A DNA stretch of 64,000 bases from positions 11,255 to 75,254 of the IMG/VR virus record IMGVR_UViG_3300038345_000103; one strand, 5' to 3'. The translations under genes and the position numbers were made by a program. The stretch comes from a virus. Lineage: Duplodnaviria; Caudoviricetes. The notes beneath the pieces were generated by a model. It was not told where the DNA came from, did not search any database, and was given only the letters and a program-made list of their open reading frames with translations. How positions within the stretch are numbered: position 1 is the first letter of the stretch; the number at the start of each line of letters is the position of its first letter. Of the stretch, positions 1-9,034 are shown one piece after another.

Positions 1-2
1 CG

Positions 3-392
3 TTTGAAATCAAAGCGAACTTAAGGGAATACTGTTTTAATCTTCGTATGTTTAACAGCGAATATGAGACAGGAGCAAAAAAGGATTATACGCCAGAAGA
101 AATTGGCGAGCATTATTATAATCTGTATTTGAAATATGGACATATAGATTGGTACACATGGTCTTGTGAGAATTGGGGAACCAAATGGAATGCTTGCGAT
201 ACATATATTGACGATAAAAAAATGATGATTTCTTTTGATACTGCGTGGTCGCGTCCTTGTGGAATTTATAAAAAGATAGCCGAGGATAACCCCGATTGGG
301 ATATACAAATTCGTTTGGCGTATGAAAATGGTGGTAAATACAATGAAAAGATTAGGAAGGGGGAATATATAAATATGTATGAAAGAATATAG
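3..392 (+). CDS. DUF1281/YubB ferredoxin-like domain protein, probably 5'-partial
   Basis: WYTWSCENWGTKWNA and FDTAWSRP motifs; frame is open from base 3. Confidence 0.65.
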   Translation, partial: FEIKANLREYCFNLRMFNSEYETGAKKDYTPEEIGEHYYNLYLKYGHIDWYTWSCENWGTKWNACDTYIDDKKMMISFDTAWSRPCGIYKKIAEDNPDWDIQIRLAYENGGKYNEKIRKGEYINMYERI

Positions 393-570
393 TAGAAAGG
401 AGTTTGAACGGATATTAGTAAACAATGGCTACATCATAGCAAGGCAAAACGGGAAACACTGTATGTGGAAAAAGGACGGAATGCATAATATTGCCGTCCC
501 GAAACACAAGTTGAACTTTATGATATGTAAAAGGCTTATCAAAGAAAATAATTTAATTATGGAGGATTAA
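379..570 (+). CDS. hicA: HicA-family toxin-like protein
   Basis: 63 aa; REFERIL-NGY-RQNGKH-W-IAVPKH fits the HicA fold, with GKH in place of GSH. Confidence 0.7.
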   Translation: MKEYSRKEFERILVNNGYIIARQNGKHCMWKKDGMHNIAVPKHKLNFMICKRLIKENNLIMED

Positions 571-573
571 AAC

Positions 574-1506
574 ATGAGTGCATTTGTAGAATCAATGTTT
601 TCAGTAAGAGAAGTGCCGTGGCATTCGTTAGGCAGGATAGTTAAAGACGCCCCCACAAGCGAAGACGCTATTAGATTAGCGGGGCTTGATTGGAACGTAG
701 AACAGAAACCTATATTCTTAGAGGACGGAACTAAGATTACAGGTAATTATGCAAACGTTCGTAATAAGGACAACAGAGTTTTAGGTATTGTCGGTGACCG
801 TTATAAGATAGTCCAGAATCTTGATGCGTTTGCATTTACGGATGCATTGCTTGGCGAGGGAGTTAAATATGAAACAGCCGGCTCATTAAAGGACGGCAAA
901 ACAGTTTGGTTATTAGCGAGAATGCCTGAAACAGTTAAGATATTAGGAGATGAAATTGCTCCCTATCTTGTATTCACTAACACACATGACGGAAGTGGTG
1001 CTGTAAGGGTAACAGCTACTAATGTTAGGGTATGCTGTTTTAATACCCTTAACATGGCACTCAAGAAAGCGAAACGAGTATGGTCAGCAAGACATACCGG
1101 TTCGATACAGAACAAACTTGACGATGCAATGAAAACCTTACAGTTTGCTCATGAATATATCGAAGCCACAAAGCAGACGATGGAAGATTTGCATAAGGTA
1201 AAATTACCGGATGATGACCTGTACAAGACAATTCAGCGTATCATTCCTATCGATGAAGATTTAACGGAAAGGCAAAAGGCAAACCTTCAGAGAATATCGG
1301 ATGACATCTTATACAGATATACATTCGCACCTGACCTTGTTAATCTTGATAAGACAGGAGCAAGATTAGTACAGGCTGTAGCAGATACAACAAGCCACAT
1401 CGAGCCGGTCAGAATGACAGCGAATTATAAGGAAAATCATTTCAAGGCAATGCTTGATGGAAATGATTTACTTGATAAAACAGTTAATATTTTACTTAGT
1501 GCATAA
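574..1506 (+). CDS. DUF932 / TIGR03299 phage-plasmid protein
   Basis: MFSVREVPWH-LG, AGLDWNVE, YETAGSL-GK-VW, NTHDGSGA, RVCCFNTL. Confidence 0.85.
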   Translation: MSAFVESMFSVREVPWHSLGRIVKDAPTSEDAIRLAGLDWNVEQKPIFLEDGTKITGNYANVRNKDNRVLGIVGDRYKIVQNLDAFAFTDALLGEGVKYETAGSLKDGKTVWLLARMPETVKILGDEIAPYLVFTNTHDGSGAVRVTATNVRVCCFNTLNMALKKAKRVWSARHTGSIQNKLDDAMKTLQFAHEYIEATKQTMEDLHKVKLPDDDLYKTIQRIIPIDEDLTERQKANLQRISDDILYRYTFAPDLVNLDKTGARLVQAVADTTSHIEPVRMTANYKENHFKAMLDGNDLLDKTVNILLSA

Positions 1507-1518
1507 GGAGGTAGAACA

Positions 1519-1935
1519 ATGGGAACACGCAGTATTATTAAGTTTGTTGAAAAGTATGATGAGGAATATGAGTTGGTAACCATATATCAGCAGTATGATG
1601 GTTATCTTGAGGGCGTCGGACGTGAACTTGCACAGTGGCTGAGCGACAAAGAGATTATCAATGGCATTGGCTTAGGAGATAATACAAATCGTGCTAATGG
1701 AGCGGGGTGTTTGGCTGCACAGTTTATTAAGGAGTTCAAAAAAGAAATCGGCGGATTGTATATACGTCCGTCTGATGCCGAACCTCAGGATTTCAATTAC
1801 AGAGTTGTTATAGATGGAACTGGTAAAGCAGATGACGTAATAAAGATAACGGTTACTCGGTATCGTGACAAAGAACCGATATTCGTCGGTACACCGAGCG
1901 AACTGTTAGCATTAAGCAAACGAGAGGAGAATTAA
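1519..1935 (+). CDS. conserved phage hypothetical protein
   Basis: MGTRS..IYQQYDGYLEGVG motif; RBS AAGGAGG. Confidence 0.7.
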   Translation: MGTRSIIKFVEKYDEEYELVTIYQQYDGYLEGVGRELAQWLSDKEIINGIGLGDNTNRANGAGCLAAQFIKEFKKEIGGLYIRPSDAEPQDFNYRVVIDGTGKADDVIKITVTRYRDKEPIFVGTPSELLALSKREEN

Positions 1936-1938
1936 GAA

Positions 1939-2772
1939 ATGGGAAAGACAACACCTGTTGTTAAATGGGCTGGCGGAAAACGTCAGCTCATTCCCACTAT
2001 CAAAGAAATGATGCCTGAACATTTTAATAGGTATTATGAGCCGTTCTTTGGTGGTGGAGCGTTGTTCTGTGAACTTGAACCAAAGCAGGCAACAATCAAT
2101 GATTTTAATGAGAAACTGATAAACGTTTATAGAGTTATCAAGAAAAACGCTGATGGCGTCAGCAAGGAACTTACGGAAATTGAAGATGAGTATAACGCAC
2201 TTCCCAGTATGCCGATGAAGGATATGTTTTATTACGAATATCGTAGTAAATATAATCGTTTCAGTCTGTTCCATGAGTGCATTGAAGATGAAAAACTTGC
2301 GGCTCTATTTATTTTTCTTAATAAGGCAGCCTTCAACGGCTTATATAGGGAAAACCGCTTAGGGCAATTTAACGTGTCTCCGGCTCATCGTAAGACGATT
2401 AAGTTATGCGACACTGATAATATTGTTAGGATGTCAGAACTGCTCAAGAAAGCGAAAATAATGAGCGGTGACTTTGAGCGGGCTTGTAAGGATGCAAAGG
2501 CAGGTGACTTTGTATTCTTTGATTCGCCCTATTATGATACATTTGATGATTATCAGGCAGGCGGTTTCTCTACGGATGACCACATGAGATTATTTAATCT
2601 GTTTAAATCATTAACGGAAAAGGGTGTGTACTGTATGCTGACCAATAACGATTGTGATTTCATAAAGGACTTATATAAGGACTATAAAATAACTACAGTC
2701 GGTGTCAAACGAATGATAAATTGTGATAGCAAAAAGAGAACTGGAACGGAATTAATCGTTATAAATTATTAA
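1939..2772 (+). CDS. dam: Dam/D12-class N6-adenine DNA methyltransferase
   Basis: KWAGGKRQL, YYEPFFGGGA, FNGLYREN, and DSPY (variant of DPPY). Confidence 0.9.
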   Translation: MGKTTPVVKWAGGKRQLIPTIKEMMPEHFNRYYEPFFGGGALFCELEPKQATINDFNEKLINVYRVIKKNADGVSKELTEIEDEYNALPSMPMKDMFYYEYRSKYNRFSLFHECIEDEKLAALFIFLNKAAFNGLYRENRLGQFNVSPAHRKTIKLCDTDNIVRMSELLKKAKIMSGDFERACKDAKAGDFVFFDSPYYDTFDDYQAGGFSTDDHMRLFNLFKSLTEKGVYCMLTNNDCDFIKDLYKDYKITTVGVKRMINCDSKKRTGTELIVINY

Positions 2773-2780
2773 GGGAGGCT

Positions 2781-3314
2781 ATGTTTATGAATGAGTATAT
2801 CTCACAGGGAGCGGTGGCTAATAGGAATGGTTCAATGTTTGAAGCGGTTTTGCTTCCTGTATTCCAGAGATTTGGTTTCCCAGTTTATAGCGAAAGGGAA
2901 ATACAGATGAATCCAACATTGGTTGAGAACTGTAATAAGTTTGTTATGACCAATGCAAGTTATACAAGTATATACGGCAGTTCTAAAAGTCGTACGGAAT
3001 ATCTTATCATTCACGTTGATAGACAAATCAGGGTGGAAATTAAGTTTCAGGTAGCAAACGGCTCAGTTGATGAGAAGTATCCATACATGTTACTCAATGC
3101 CATATATGCTTTCCCCGAAAGGGAAGTCATTCTTATCGTTGATGGTGGCGGATATAAAGAGGGAGCAAGGCAATGGTTACAGGATATGATTAATCTCAAC
3201 TGGCTCGATTATCGCGGAATGGGTAAGGATATAAAGTTAATGACCATAAGTGAATTTATCACATGGTTTACTAAAGAATTTGGGAGGACAAACAATGCCG
3301 AGATATATCAGTGA
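2781..3314 (+). CDS. PD-(D/E)XK nuclease; putative restriction-type partner of the MTase
   Basis: TEYL..VEIKFQ..GSVDEK..ILIVDGGG; starts 8 nt after the MTase gene. Confidence 0.7.
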   Translation: MFMNEYISQGAVANRNGSMFEAVLLPVFQRFGFPVYSEREIQMNPTLVENCNKFVMTNASYTSIYGSSKSRTEYLIIHVDRQIRVEIKFQVANGSVDEKYPYMLLNAIYAFPEREVILIVDGGGYKEGARQWLQDMINLNWLDYRGMGKDIKLMTISEFITWFTKEFGRTNNAEIYQ

Positions 3315-3993
3315 GAAGGTGCTTAAAGATAGAGCACAGAATTTATTAGAAAAGCGAAACAAGATGCTGAAAGATGCAGATGAGTTGCATGTAAAGATAC
3401 AGCAGGGAAACAAAAAGACCGGTGTGAATTGCTGGACGGTCTCATTACTGCCTGTTGTTGATTGCGTTAACTGTAAGGAGTGCTCAAAAGACTGCTATGA
3501 TTTAAAGTCGGATATGATTTACAAATCAGTCGTTGAAGATAGATGTAGAAATTCTGTTATCCATAAACAGGACAGAGAACGATACTGGTCAGAGATTGAC
3601 TTACAGATTAAAGCGAACTTTATCAGAGAATTACGTTTAAATGTTGGCGGTGATTTAGATGATGAAGATTTTCACTATGTTGCTGAACTTGGACGTAACA
3701 ATCCAAAAATTAAGATATTGTTCTTTACGAAGAATTATAAGGGAATCAATAAGTATTTAAGTCACGATACTTTTCCTGACAACGTAAGAGCGATACTAAG
3801 TGCATGGATAAATACGCCGATGGATAATCCATATAATCTGCCGTGTGCTCACGTTTTATATGAAAGCGGGGCAACCACTGCTCCTGATTATGGTGCCATA
3901 TATTGCAAGGGAAATTGCAGTGAATGTGCTTTTAATGAAGATGGCTGTTGGACATTAGGCAAAGGCGGTCATGTAATCTTTAAGGTACATTAA
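3295..3993 (+). CDS. Gp88-like Cys-rich phage protein
   Basis: GNKKTG, SLLPVVDCVNCKECSKDCY, LRLNVGGD, CKGNCSEC; RBS GGGAGG. Confidence 0.7.
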   Translation: MPRYISEKVLKDRAQNLLEKRNKMLKDADELHVKIQQGNKKTGVNCWTVSLLPVVDCVNCKECSKDCYDLKSDMIYKSVVEDRCRNSVIHKQDRERYWSEIDLQIKANFIRELRLNVGGDLDDEDFHYVAELGRNNPKIKILFFTKNYKGINKYLSHDTFPDNVRAILSAWINTPMDNPYNLPCAHVLYESGATTAPDYGAIYCKGNCSECAFNEDGCWTLGKGGHVIFKVH

Positions 3994-4006
3994 GGAGGTG
4001 ATATAG

Positions 4007-4240
4007 ATGTACGTAGTGGGACAGGAAATCAACATAGGTTATTATGGTGGATTTCACAATCAAACAAAAATAATCAGTAAGGCAAAGATATTCACAATCG
4101 ACAATCAATTCATCACAATACATGTTGCCCTGTCTCACGGCGGGCATAGAGAAATGTTTGGTTATGATTATCAGTTAAAAGAATTAGAAGAAAATTATGT
4201 AAAATGGAAGGGAGATAAGACATGTATAAAGTATTGTTAA
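4007..4240 (+). CDS. hypothetical protein
   Basis: ORF with RBS AAGGAGGTG. Confidence 0.6.
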   Translation: MYVVGQEINIGYYGGFHNQTKIISKAKIFTIDNQFITIHVALSHGGHREMFGYDYQLKELEENYVKWKGDKTCIKYC

Positions 4241-4506
4241 GTGCTTGTGGCAATATAGACCACAACGAAAACCCGAATGATTCAATCGTTAACAAGAGAA
4301 ATGTTCCTTCAAAGGAAGTGCAGGCGGCAACACTTGATGGATGTAAAACGGCGGTGTTGGAATATATCGATTATTATGATTTAGGTGCCGGAAACTGGAC
4401 TGGTGGACAGACCTATAAGAATGATGAATATATAGGACGCTTTTCATATAACGGAAGATTCTGGGGAGCAGATACAGATTATGGAAAGGGGCAGCAACAT
4501 GGATAA
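4222..4506 (+). CDS. hypothetical protein
   Basis: overlapping operon ORF. Confidence 0.6.
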   Translation: MYKVLLSACGNIDHNENPNDSIVNKRNVPSKEVQAATLDGCKTAVLEYIDYYDLGAGNWTGGQTYKNDEYIGRFSYNGRFWGADTDYGKGQQHG

Positions 4507-4690
4507 GGCAAAGTTATGTGGGTTTATCTTTTGTCATGGGCATAAAGATTTTTCCATATGGGAAACAGATGCTATTAACAAAGAAGATAGCGAAGCAATT
4601 CAGAAGATTCTCAGCAAGTATGATACAGAGGGAACAAGCGTAAGAAACTGTTGGGATTCAATATCAGACATTATGAACGAAGAATATTAA
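4499..4690 (+). CDS. hypothetical protein
   Basis: ORF coupled to the previous gene. Confidence 0.55.
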   Translation: MDKAKLCGFIFCHGHKDFSIWETDAINKEDSEAIQKILSKYDTEGTSVRNCWDSISDIMNEEY

Positions 4691-4707
4691 TAAAAAGGAG
4701 ATAAGAC

Positions 4708-5607
4708 ATGAACGCATTAATCACAAAAGTTATTTTTAATAATCCCGCAACTATCGTATTTTGGAATGACAATACTAAGACAGTAGTCAAGGCAAATAAG
4801 GATGATGTATTTGATGCTGAAACAGGATTGGCAATGGCAATCACTAAAAAGATGTGTAATAACATCCATTGGAAGAATGTATTTCAGATTATTACCACCG
4901 ACGACAAGATTAAGGGAAAGATTAACAGACGAAAACTTGGCGATGATAGAACCATAGCATTGTGTTATGCAAGAGCATATTATCACAATGATACAAATTG
5001 GTATAAGAAGTTTTCTGCATGGCTTCCTAAAGAGAAACATGTCGATAATCAGAAACAGGTCGATAATCATAGTTATGGTGATTGGAAGGAGACGAATCCT
5101 GAATCAGAAGCATATATCGCGGCTCCTCCTGTTTTATCAGCAGAGCCGACACTTAATGACAAGATTATTGCAATGTTCAATGCCGGACGGAGCATTAATT
5201 CTATCAGCAAGGAAACTGGAATATCAGTTTACTATATAAAGAAATACATTGATACAGCAACCACTCCCAAAGCAAACAAGGGAAAGGCAAATAGGATTAT
5301 CAAGGCTGCATTAAAACCTAATAGAACAAGAGCATCTTATACTGTTCGTACTCAGATAGATTTTCCTAAATATCTTGATAAGAATACTTGTGAAGAAATC
5401 TTAGCCCAGACCAAAGAGAAATATAAGGATAAGCCGAAGTCACATTGTATGTCTGAACTTCAGAGATTGTTTATAGCAGAATGTAAAAAGCATTATATAG
5501 CCACTCATTATGGTCATGGTTATGATATGTATGCTATTGCAAAGACACTTGGTACTAATGCTTCAGCAGTTCAAAAGATATGGAACGCGATAAAGAGAGG
5601 TGAATAA
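4708..5607 (+). CDS. phage protein with PATIVFW-D-TKTVVK N-terminal domain and probable HTH
   Basis: common phage N-terminal motif; GRSINSISKETGIS is HTH-like. Confidence 0.65.
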   Translation: MNALITKVIFNNPATIVFWNDNTKTVVKANKDDVFDAETGLAMAITKKMCNNIHWKNVFQIITTDDKIKGKINRRKLGDDRTIALCYARAYYHNDTNWYKKFSAWLPKEKHVDNQKQVDNHSYGDWKETNPESEAYIAAPPVLSAEPTLNDKIIAMFNAGRSINSISKETGISVYYIKKYIDTATTPKANKGKANRIIKAALKPNRTRASYTVRTQIDFPKYLDKNTCEEILAQTKEKYKDKPKSHCMSELQRLFIAECKKHYIATHYGHGYDMYAIAKTLGTNASAVQKIWNAIKRGE

Positions 5608-5830
5608 TATGACAGTAGCAGATTTATTAGCAAGGATTGAATCATATCCTAAGGGATTTGAGTTTACACTTCCGTATAATCAGATGACAGAAAAAGTACA
5701 GAAAGATACGCATAAGATAATGAGGTTGGCAACGGACAAGGGTTTGGTTGAAAGTATTGCAATCGGTGCCGGTTGGGATGCTGATGGAACTTTTAATGGA
5801 TTCCAGAATGAAACGTTTAAGAGATTATGA
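5600..5830 (+). CDS. hypothetical protein
   Basis: coupled ORF. Confidence 0.6.
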   Translation: MNNMTVADLLARIESYPKGFEFTLPYNQMTEKVQKDTHKIMRLATDKGLVESIAIGAGWDADGTFNGFQNETFKRL

Positions 5831-5857
5831 AAGGAGATAACAGATGGAGGTGATAAG

Positions 5858-6019
5858 ATGACAGAACGGGAAAGGATATATGATATGTTAAGCTTTACTC
5901 TTACTGAGTATGAAAACAGTCCTGACAGAAAGGAAAGTGGTTGGGCAGAAACATTATACGATGTATTAGTAGAAGTGCAAAGAAATTGGGAAACAGTTAT
6001 TACGGCAGATAAAAGCTAA
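5858..6019 (+). CDS. small hypothetical protein (53 aa, not in the ORF track)
   Basis: RBS GGAGGTG; MTERERIYDML...DKS*. Confidence 0.6.
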   Translation: MTERERIYDMLSFTLTEYENSPDRKESGWAETLYDVLVEVQRNWETVITADKS

Positions 6020-6038
6020 GTTTGAAAGGAGAAATATT

Positions 6039-6347
6039 ATGAAACGGTTGATAAAATCAATTACACCTTATGCAAACTTATACAGAGACGACCAAACAGG
6101 TATAGCTTGGATTGCAGACGGAAGTTCGGGTTGTGGTTTTTCAGTTCATAGCAATATAATGGCAAATGGTTCTGTAAGAGGCATGAAAAATCTTGGTTAT
6201 TGGGGAAAGAAAGATAGAACGGTAAGAAGCCATGGTTTTATATACAACATTGATTCGTTTGTTTGTGATAAAGATTGTGAATTTGAAATGATAGTCGCAA
6301 GTGAATGTAGATGTCAAGGTTGTTTAGAGAGACGCGATAACAGTTGA
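6039..6347 (+). CDS. hypothetical protein
   Basis: RBS AAAGGAG. Confidence 0.6.
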   Translation: MKRLIKSITPYANLYRDDQTGIAWIADGSSGCGFSVHSNIMANGSVRGMKNLGYWGKKDRTVRSHGFIYNIDSFVCDKDCEFEMIVASECRCQGCLERRDNS

Positions 6348-6368
6348 GTTCGAAAGGAGAGGATAATT

Positions 6369-6674
6369 ATGGGCTATAAGATTACAAGAGATGGCGGAAA
6401 CGTTTTTGTTGTCGCGGATGAGCAGTATTTTATTGAAAAAGACTGTGAAAATTTATGGGAAAAAGAGCGTATCTATTATAAGAGAGGTGCGTTCGCCATA
6501 ATGGTAACGGAAAGGAAGAATACACATCCTCTTTGTACGCTAGGTGTTGAAGACGATGGGACTATTTGTTTTACTCCGATAAGTACATGTTTTGATGCCA
6601 GTTGGTTAAATGATTTAATCAAAGTGGCATATAATACAGCTTATAAATTACAAACAGAAAAGAAAGGAGAATAA
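6369..6674 (+). CDS. hypothetical protein
   Basis: RBS AGGAGAGG. Confidence 0.6.
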   Translation: MGYKITRDGGNVFVVADEQYFIEKDCENLWEKERIYYKRGAFAIMVTERKNTHPLCTLGVEDDGTICFTPISTCFDASWLNDLIKVAYNTAYKLQTEKKGE

Positions 6675-6676
6675 AT

Positions 6677-7186
6677 ATGAACGTATTTGATAATGTATTT
6701 TATTATGAAACTGACAAGGGAAACGTTGGTATAGTTCGGGCTGACAATGAAGCCGATGCAAGAGAGCGGGTAGAAAATTATTATTATGAAGATATAACAA
6801 CCATTACATGCTGTAGTGATATAGAAAAACATGATTATGGTGTTGCTCCTTTATTTGGTGATGCTCCTGTTCTTCGGACTAAAAATGGATATGAATATGA
6901 AATTAACATTAACCCTGAAGATATGAATACAAAAGATAAAGATATATGGGGAGCCGCAATGCTCTGGCTTGATGATGAACGCGGCGTTGATTTTAACTTA
7001 TCGTATGATGATGGACTTAATCAGTCGGCTATCTATAAGGCAAGTTGCGATAAATATATGGAAGACCTTACAGAAACCTTTTCTCATTATGAGATAGACT
7101 TTTCCGATATATTTTGGAAACAGAAACTTATTGATGAGATGGAACGCGTAGCAGAAGAGTTTTGGGGAAAGGAGACAAACACATGA
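6677..7186 (+). CDS. acidic hypothetical protein
   Basis: RBS AAAGGAG; very D/E-rich. Confidence 0.6.
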   Translation: MNVFDNVFYYETDKGNVGIVRADNEADARERVENYYYEDITTITCCSDIEKHDYGVAPLFGDAPVLRTKNGYEYEININPEDMNTKDKDIWGAAMLWLDDERGVDFNLSYDDGLNQSAIYKASCDKYMEDLTETFSHYEIDFSDIFWKQKLIDEMERVAEEFWGKETNT

Positions 7187-7392
7187 AAACATGGAGAGTA
7201 ACATTAGTAAGCAAATCTTATTATGCGGTTGATATTCAGGCTGAATCAGCAAAGGAAGCGGAGAAAATAGCACAACGGAATTTAGACAGCAATGATGAGT
7301 ATTTATCATCATTAGAGATATATGCTTGTCAGAATGATGTAGTCAAAAGAGCAACTATGGAAATGGAGGATTTGGTAAATGTGGATGGCTAG
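7183..7392 (+). CDS. hypothetical protein
   Basis: ATGA overlap with the previous gene; RBS AAGGAG. Confidence 0.55.
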   Translation: MKTWRVTLVSKSYYAVDIQAESAKEAEKIAQRNLDSNDEYLSSLEIYACQNDVVKRATMEMEDLVNVDG

Positions 7393-7600
7393 AATTGGTG
7401 GATGGACCGATGTAATTGCGTTTAGCGAAAACAAAGATAAAGCACGGGATTTAGCAGTACAGGCAAAGAAAGCACGGTGTCGGGATGACTTGGACAAATG
7501 GAACTGGCAGACAGTTTCAGATTATTATGGAGCAACATTACATTATGTTTGTGATGGCTTGCTTATTATTGAAGGAGATGATACGAATGAAAACCGGTGA
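7379..7600 (+). CDS. hypothetical protein
   Basis: RBS GGAGG. Confidence 0.55.
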   Translation: MWMARIGGWTDVIAFSENKDKARDLAVQAKKARCRDDLDKWNWQTVSDYYGATLHYVCDGLLIIEGDDTNENR

Positions 7601-7763
7601 TAGAGTGAAGATAATATCAGTTCCTGATTATTGTCGGGAAGATTTAGGTAAATACGGAACTGTAATGGAAACCAAAACATTTTATGGTGGTGTTGATGTC
7701 CTGCTTGATGGAGATGATGGACTGACTGCTATTTATGAGCAGCAATTGCAAGTTCAAAATTAA
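7587..7763 (+). CDS. small SH3/KOW-like hypothetical protein
   Basis: MKTGDRVKI...GTV motif. Confidence 0.5.
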   Translation: MKTGDRVKIISVPDYCREDLGKYGTVMETKTFYGGVDVLLDGDDGLTAIYEQQLQVQN

Positions 7764-7767
7764 GCAC

Positions 7768-7796
7768 TTGACAAATTGCCTACTGTACGATATAAT
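7768..7796 (+). promoter_or_regulatory. sigma-A promoter
   Basis: TTGACA-17 nt-TATAAT, perfect consensus. Confidence 0.85.
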
Positions 7797-7829
7797 AGCG
7801 TCACAACGCAACTAATAAGGGAGGTAAAA

Positions 7830-8090
7830 ATGACCTTAGCAGATTTAAATTTGGTGTTAAAAAAATATAATATTCCTGAGAATGCTACGATAATAGTATT
7901 TACTGATGAAGATTTTTGGGAGTTAAGTATAGTTCGCATTTTTTATAATAAGATAAGCAATCAATTGTGTATTTGTGGTAATGATGAAAACAATATAAAT
8001 CTTTTTGACCATGCTGAAGAGCGTTTTAAGAAAAGAGATGGTTGGAAACAACTTTATTATCGTGACGAATGGAAAACTTTATTTGATTAA
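7830..8090 (+). CDS. hypothetical protein
   Basis: RBS AAGGGAGG downstream of the promoter. Confidence 0.6.
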   Translation: MTLADLNLVLKKYNIPENATIIVFTDEDFWELSIVRIFYNKISNQLCICGNDENNINLFDHAEERFKKRDGWKQLYYRDEWKTLFD

Positions 8091-8104
8091 GGGAGGATAA
8101 AACA

Positions 8105-8335
8105 ATGAACAAAGACAGACGGAAACGGATTTTAAATATAATTGAAAAGATAAGAGATAACTTATCAGATTTAGATATTATTCAGGATGAAGAGCAAAAT
8201 GCATTTGATAATCTTCCTGAAGGACTTCAGTATTCATCACGAGGAGAGGATATGGAAAATGCTATTGATGCAATAGCAACTGCAATAAGTGATATTGGCG
8301 GAGCACTTGACGATTTAGAGGGCGAGGTGACTTAA
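8105..8335 (+). CDS. conserved phage coiled-coil protein
   Basis: MNKDRRKRI...DEEQNAFDNLPEGLQ motif. Confidence 0.7.
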   Translation: MNKDRRKRILNIIEKIRDNLSDLDIIQDEEQNAFDNLPEGLQYSSRGEDMENAIDAIATAISDIGGALDDLEGEVT

Positions 8336-9022
8336 ATGTTTGGTGTTGTAATGATAGTGATATGGTTTGTTTGTTGGATAATAAAGTCAGGACAGCAGAC
8401 CAGCCGAAACTCATATCTGAGAACCTATTCAGGAGACCAGTATATATATAGAGACCTTGCAGGCGTAACAATGCTTAAGAGTAACAATCAGATTGTAATA
8501 GAACGAAAAAACAAATCAACGGGGCATCGGGTGTTTTATGATAAGCATGGTAGGGTAGTTCTTGACGCAACGGAAGATGAGATGCGTAAAAAGATAAGTG
8601 ATAATCCTGAACAGCCGGTGGCATATGATAAGGTAAGGTTTGCAGGATATTATATAAAGCGAATCGCAAAAATGGTTGACGGCAAGATGAAGTTCTATAC
8701 TACGATACATTATAAAGATGCCGATTTTATCGTTGACCTTGACACATTAAAGATAATTGCCCCTACAAGCAACCAGCTTAGATACGAATTGGTCTGCAAG
8801 TCAAGGGGTTATTTAAACTACACCGATGAGGGGTTTCGGGAAGTTATAAACGAATTTAATTCATTAGATGAGATAGACAGACATGGTATGGTCGCTGAAT
8901 TTAACGGTTCTCATTTGGCTAATATGGATGGCGGTTACTGGTCAAGCTATCTATATAACGAAAGGCAACCTAGAAAGCAGTGGAGTTATTTCTACAGGAA
9001 CGACAGACCATGGATTAAATAA
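8336..9022 (+). CDS. membrane-anchored hypothetical protein
   Basis: hydrophobic N-terminus FGVVMIVIWFVCWII. Confidence 0.6.
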   Translation: MFGVVMIVIWFVCWIIKSGQQTSRNSYLRTYSGDQYIYRDLAGVTMLKSNNQIVIERKNKSTGHRVFYDKHGRVVLDATEDEMRKKISDNPEQPVAYDKVRFAGYYIKRIAKMVDGKMKFYTTIHYKDADFIVDLDTLKIIAPTSNQLRYELVCKSRGYLNYTDEGFREVINEFNSLDEIDRHGMVAEFNGSHLANMDGGYWSSYLYNERQPRKQWSYFYRNDRPWIK

Positions 9023-9034
9023 GGAGGTGTGATT

